A stretch of 11,805 nucleotides of DNA from assembly GCA_036339875.1 (NCBI GenBank), contig JAYZAC010000006.1:1-11805 (forward strand), in the 5' to 3' direction. Below are positions 8,511 to 11,805 of the stretch, piece after piece. Position 1 is the stretch's first letter, and every line of letters begins with the position of its first letter. The stretch comes from a bacterium. GTDB taxonomy: Bacteria > Muiribacteriota > UBA6191. The notes below the pieces were generated by a model. That model did no database searches. It was not told the origin of the DNA and worked only from the letters and a program-made list of their open reading frames with translations. Made by a program: the position numbers and the translations under genes.

Positions 8511-11500
8511 AAAAGACAACGCGTTCTGAAGATATTGCTACACTTTTGAATGAACGCAGTATCGGATCATTTGATCGTCTTTTCGAAACGCTTGGAAAGA
8601 TAATAGAAAAAGATTTGGATGCCGAGCTAGTATACTTCTTTGTGAAAGAAGACTTACTTCCAGAAATGCAGTTATCCTGGGGAAGTATCAACACTAATAA
8701 ATCTCAAGAAGATCAGTATTTCTATAATTTGAAAGCTTTCGTGTATCAATGTTTAGATCATGATCCTCAGATTTTAGAAAACGTTTCGATTCCACTTTTA
8801 GATTTAAAGATCTCATCACTGATTGTATACCCAGTTTATTTCGGGGATAGTAAACGTGGTATTTGGTTAATCGCAAACCCTATATCTTGTGGAAATTCTT
8901 ACCAAAATTCTCATCTCGTTACTTTAGATTTGATTTTATCTGAGTGCTTTCCGGTTCTCGAACAATTAAAGCTAAAGCAAACTGTTAAGCTGTATCAACA
9001 GGAACAGCAGCTGACTACTCGACTGAATAAGCTTATAGACTCAAATTATGATTTTGAAAACTTTTTGAAATTCATGCGTGAAATAATTGAGGAGACAGTG
9101 CGATGTCAGAGTGTCCTATTTCTTATGTACAACGATGTAGCAGGTCAGTTCTATCTGGAAGCTGGAAACGCGGAGGGTTGTGAATTTTGGGCAAATCAAG
9201 AGGACTTTTTTAAGGGTTTGGCAAAGCAATCCGAAATTCAAGGCGTGTATGCTAAGACCTACAGTGGGAGAAATTTTCAAGGTGAAAAATATGGATTGGA
9301 TAGACTGGAAACTTGCCTTGTTCTACCGCTGAAGTTTTATGATCGAGTTAGTGGTGCGTTTATATTATTAAACAAATCTGAGCAGCAGAATTTTAATGAG
9401 ATAGATGTGCGTCTAATGAATATCATTATTCGCAGTAGTAAATCGGTTATTTTTCGTGAACGTGAACGAAATTCCATTGTTAGTTTATTTGAAAAATTTG
9501 TATCAGATAAAATAGTTAGAGAAGTATTAGAGCATCAAGATAGTGGTTTACTGCGGGAGCAAAGACGCGAAATAACGGTACTTTTTATAGATTTGAATGG
9601 ATTTACCTCAATTTCTGAAAGTGAGTCTCCTACAGTTGTAATTCAGCAGTTAAATCAGTTTTTAACGGAAATGACTGAGCAGGTATTTCAATTCGGAGGG
9701 ACTTTAGATAAGTATATCGGCGATGAAATTATGGCAATCTTCGGTTCTCCTATCACCCTTGATAATCACGCAGAGCGTGCCGTGGAATGCGCTTTAGCAA
9801 TGCAAGATAAAATGAGGGAACTTAGCAAGCTTTGGAAATCCGAGAATAAATCCGAGTTGACTGCAAGTATCGGTATTGCTACGGGTGTATCTCTAGTAGG
9901 AACTATTGGCTGTGATAAGTATATGGATTATACGGCCATCGGGGATATTGTAAATACGGCTTCTAGGATTACTCAGGCAGCTGCTCATGACACTATTTTT
10001 CTTGAAGCTTCAACTGTGAAGTTAATTGAGCCGGTAGCTGTTCTCAAAGAGCCTGTGGGATTACAACTCAAAGGTAAACAGAAAATTGTCTATGCAAGCG
10101 TATTGGAAAGGTTGAAAACGGATAAAGAACTTCAAAACGATTTAAATAAATACGATGATCAAAGTCGCATTGATATTATTCGTTGCCTTGGCTTATTTCG
10201 ATATTATGCGGGGAATACTCTTGTACGGAAGTATTTGAATGATCCGATATTAATGGTAAGAAAAGAAGCATTAAGAACGATATCTCGATTAGATAGGCAG
10301 GAAGATATAGATTTTCTTCTAGAGCAATTGGATAAAGAGCAAGAAGAAGAGTTTCGACAGGATCTTTTGGAAGTTATCTCAAAAACGTCATCAGAAGCAG
10401 TTGTAGCATTACTTAAGGATTATTTAGGTGAGTTAGATCCGGACGTAAAGAACTTAGTTATTGATGCTATTGGATATGATGGAGATGAGGAAAACAAGAA
10501 ATTATTGTTACCATTGTTGAATGATTCAAATAATAAAGTCAGGGCAAATGTTGCCCATGCAATTTATCGATTTGGAGACGTACGAGTTATTGAAATACTT
10601 TTGAAAATGCTTGAGTCACAGGAAACTAGTATGCAAGTTTCTGCTATCGATGTTTTAGCACGGATTGGTACAACTCAAGTGATACAGCCTCTACTAAAAT
10701 TAGCTATCCAAGCAAAAGTTAATGAGGTCAATTATGCTGCTGCTAGAGCTTTGGGTCAATTGACTAAGGTACAATCGATCCGTTACTTAAATATATTATC
10801 TGAAGAAGATCAAAGGTTAACGCAATGGAGACCATTTGCAAAAGCTTTGAGCAGTGAATCTAACGAACAAGAGAGTTTCTTTAAACAAGCGCTTAATGGT
10901 ACCTGTCAAATCGTTGTATACGCTTCACTCATAGCGATTAAGCGAATGCGTTTGCATGGATATTCTACAGAGTTAGTTGCACTAATTAATACGGATTGTG
11001 AACATATTAAGGAGCAGAGTGTTTTAGGATTAAAGCCTTATGCTAATGGTGTTGTAATTCCTGTTTATTTAAGTTGTCTTGCAGCATGTAACGAGTCTGT
11101 TACTGTCATCATATTACGTGAGATTGGTAATCGTAATCAGGGTCAATTGAACTCTATCCTTTTTCAATACCTAGATAGTCAAAGTCCTGATGTAAGAATG
11201 GCCGCAATTGGTTCTTTGGCGAAGCTTAAGAAGCCAGGAACTCTTGAAAGATTATTAAATGTTTATGAAGCTAGTAATAATGCGAATGAAAAAGCTACAG
11301 TGGTGAGAGCTTTAGCAGAATTCCCTAGCTTAAATACGAGTAAGCTCTTGAAGGAAGCACTAAGATCTACGATTGGTAGAATTCGTGCCAATGCTATTGA
11401 TGCTCTTGTGGAAATAGAAGGAGCCAAGGTTCTACCTCTAATTGAGCCTCTGTTGGAGGATGAAAATAATAGAGTTCGTGCCAATGCGGCCATGGCTCTA

Positions 11501-11805
11501 TATAATTTTGGACAAACTAGAGCTTATGATTACTTAGATAAAATGATGGGTTCTGATGATAAATGGATGAGACTGTCAGCAATCTGGACACTTGCGGAGA
11601 TTGGATCGGTAAGTAGTCGAGAAATTATTGTAAAGCACTTGAATGATTCTGATTATGACGTTAAATTACGCGCTATTCTTTCTCTGAACCGACTGGACCG
11701 TAAGCTGCTGACCTTGCTTGAGGAAATTTTAACCTCGCGGGAAGAGCGCGTAGAAGGTCTGGATCAGGAAAGTTTTGGGAGCCCTGACAAATTAAATGAT
11801 CGTCT
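8507..11805 (+). CDS. Soluble GAF-GAF-class III adenylate cyclase with C-terminal HEAT-repeat array, 3'-partial (>=1099 aa; not in supplied ORF track)
   Basis: Hand translation from GTG 8507 ([14 protein letters not shown]...) finds no stop up to the window end. SD-like GGAAGAG at 8494-8500. Cyclase motifs: [13 protein letters not shown] (D362, nt 9590), [17 protein letters not shown] (K402, D406), [20 protein letters not shown] (T476, N483, R487) and LKGK. GAF-like segments lie at about 8570-8965 and 9050-9450. HEAT-like 31-aa repeats follow the cyclase domain. Confidence 0.9.
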   Translation, partial: MKKTTRSEDIATLLNERSIGSFDRLFETLGKIIEKDLDAELVYFFVKEDLLPEMQLSWGSINTNKSQEDQYFYNLKAFVYQCLDHDPQILENVSIPLLDLKISSLIVYPVYFGDSKRGIWLIANPISCGNSYQNSHLVTLDLILSECFPVLEQLKLKQTVKLYQQEQQLTTRLNKLIDSNYDFENFLKFMREIIEETVRCQSVLFLMYNDVAGQFYLEAGNAEGCEFWANQEDFFKGLAKQSEIQGVYAKTYSGRNFQGEKYGLDRLETCLVLPLKFYDRVSGAFILLNKSEQQNFNEIDVRLMNIIIRSSKSVIFRERERNSIVSLFEKFVSDKIVREVLEHQDSGLLREQRREITVLFIDLNGFTSISESESPTVVIQQLNQFLTEMTEQVFQFGGTLDKYIGDEIMAIFGSPITLDNHAERAVECALAMQDKMRELSKLWKSENKSELTASIGIATGVSLVGTIGCDKYMDYTAIGDIVNTASRITQAAAHDTIFLEASTVKLIEPVAVLKEPVGLQLKGKQKIVYASVLERLKTDKELQNDLNKYDDQSRIDIIRCLGLFRYYAGNTLVRKYLNDPILMVRKEALRTISRLDRQEDIDFLLEQLDKEQEEEFRQDLLEVISKTSSEAVVALLKDYLGELDPDVKNLVIDAIGYDGDEENKKLLLPLLNDSNNKVRANVAHAIYRFGDVRVIEILLKMLESQETSMQVSAIDVLARIGTTQVIQPLLKLAIQAKVNEVNYAAARALGQLTKVQSIRYLNILSEEDQRLTQWRPFAKALSSESNEQESFFKQALNGTCQIVVYASLIAIKRMRLHGYSTELVALINTDCEHIKEQSVLGLKPYANGVVIPVYLSCLAACNESVTVIILREIGNRNQGQLNSILFQYLDSQSPDVRMAAIGSLAKLKKPGTLERLLNVYEASNNANEKATVVRALAEFPSLNTSKLLKEALRSTIGRIRANAIDALVEIEGAKVLPLIEPLLEDENNRVRANAAMALYNFGQTRAYDYLDKMMGSDDKWMRLSAIWTLAEIGSVSSREIIVKHLNDSDYDVKLRAILSLNRLDRKLLTLLEEILTSREERVEGLDQESFGSPDKLNDR
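10150..11730 (+). repeat. About 17 tandem HEAT/PBS-lyase-like protein repeats of about 31 aa within the cyclase CDS
   Basis: Periodic units such as [86 protein letters not shown] and [17 protein letters not shown]. At DNA level, taga(a/g)ttcgtgccaatgc occurs at 11377-11394 and 11470-11487, 93 nt (31 codons) apart. Confidence 0.85.

Noticed and set aside
11377..11487. 18-bp near-perfect direct repeat as a CRISPR or DNA-level element
   Set aside because: There are only two copies, in frame and 31 codons apart, which is explained by adjacent HEAT repeats (RIRANA/RVRANA).
8485..11493. Minus-strand ORFs 8485-8694, 8694-8876 and 11263-11493, and the apparent 3.3-kb non-coding gap after ruvB
   Set aside because: The region is fully occupied by the + strand cyclase-HEAT ORF, so these are antisense shadows and the gap is an artefact of the missing stop codon.
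8507..11805. Cyclase as a Pycsar/CBASS-type anti-phage system
   Set aside because: The specificity residues are canonical for ATP (Lys/Thr), no cNMP-binding TIR or transmembrane effector is visible, and the neighbours are housekeeping genes. It cannot be fully excluded without the downstream sequence.

Overview
An AT-rich bacterial window (roughly high-30s % GC by eye) with five co-directional + strand genes. (1) A 5'-truncated bacterial alpha-2-macroglobulin with an intact CSEQ thioester motif. (2) A stand-alone MalK/UgpC/MsiK-type sugar ABC ATPase with its own sigma70-like promoter. (3) An OprO/OprP-family porin whose OprP R133-equivalent phosphate-binding residue appears to be Glu. (4) ruvB with no adjacent ruvA. 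(5) A large ORF absent from the supplied track because it has no stop in the window (8507 to beyond 11805, at least 1099 aa). Hand translation of gene 5 gives a soluble GAF-GAF-class III adenylate cyclase with all six catalytic residues, fused to about 17 HEAT-like repeats. Its GTG start overlaps the ruvB TGA stop. This cyclase-HEAT fusion and its coupling to ruvB are the most interesting elements. No RNA genes, mobile elements or CRISPR arrays were seen.
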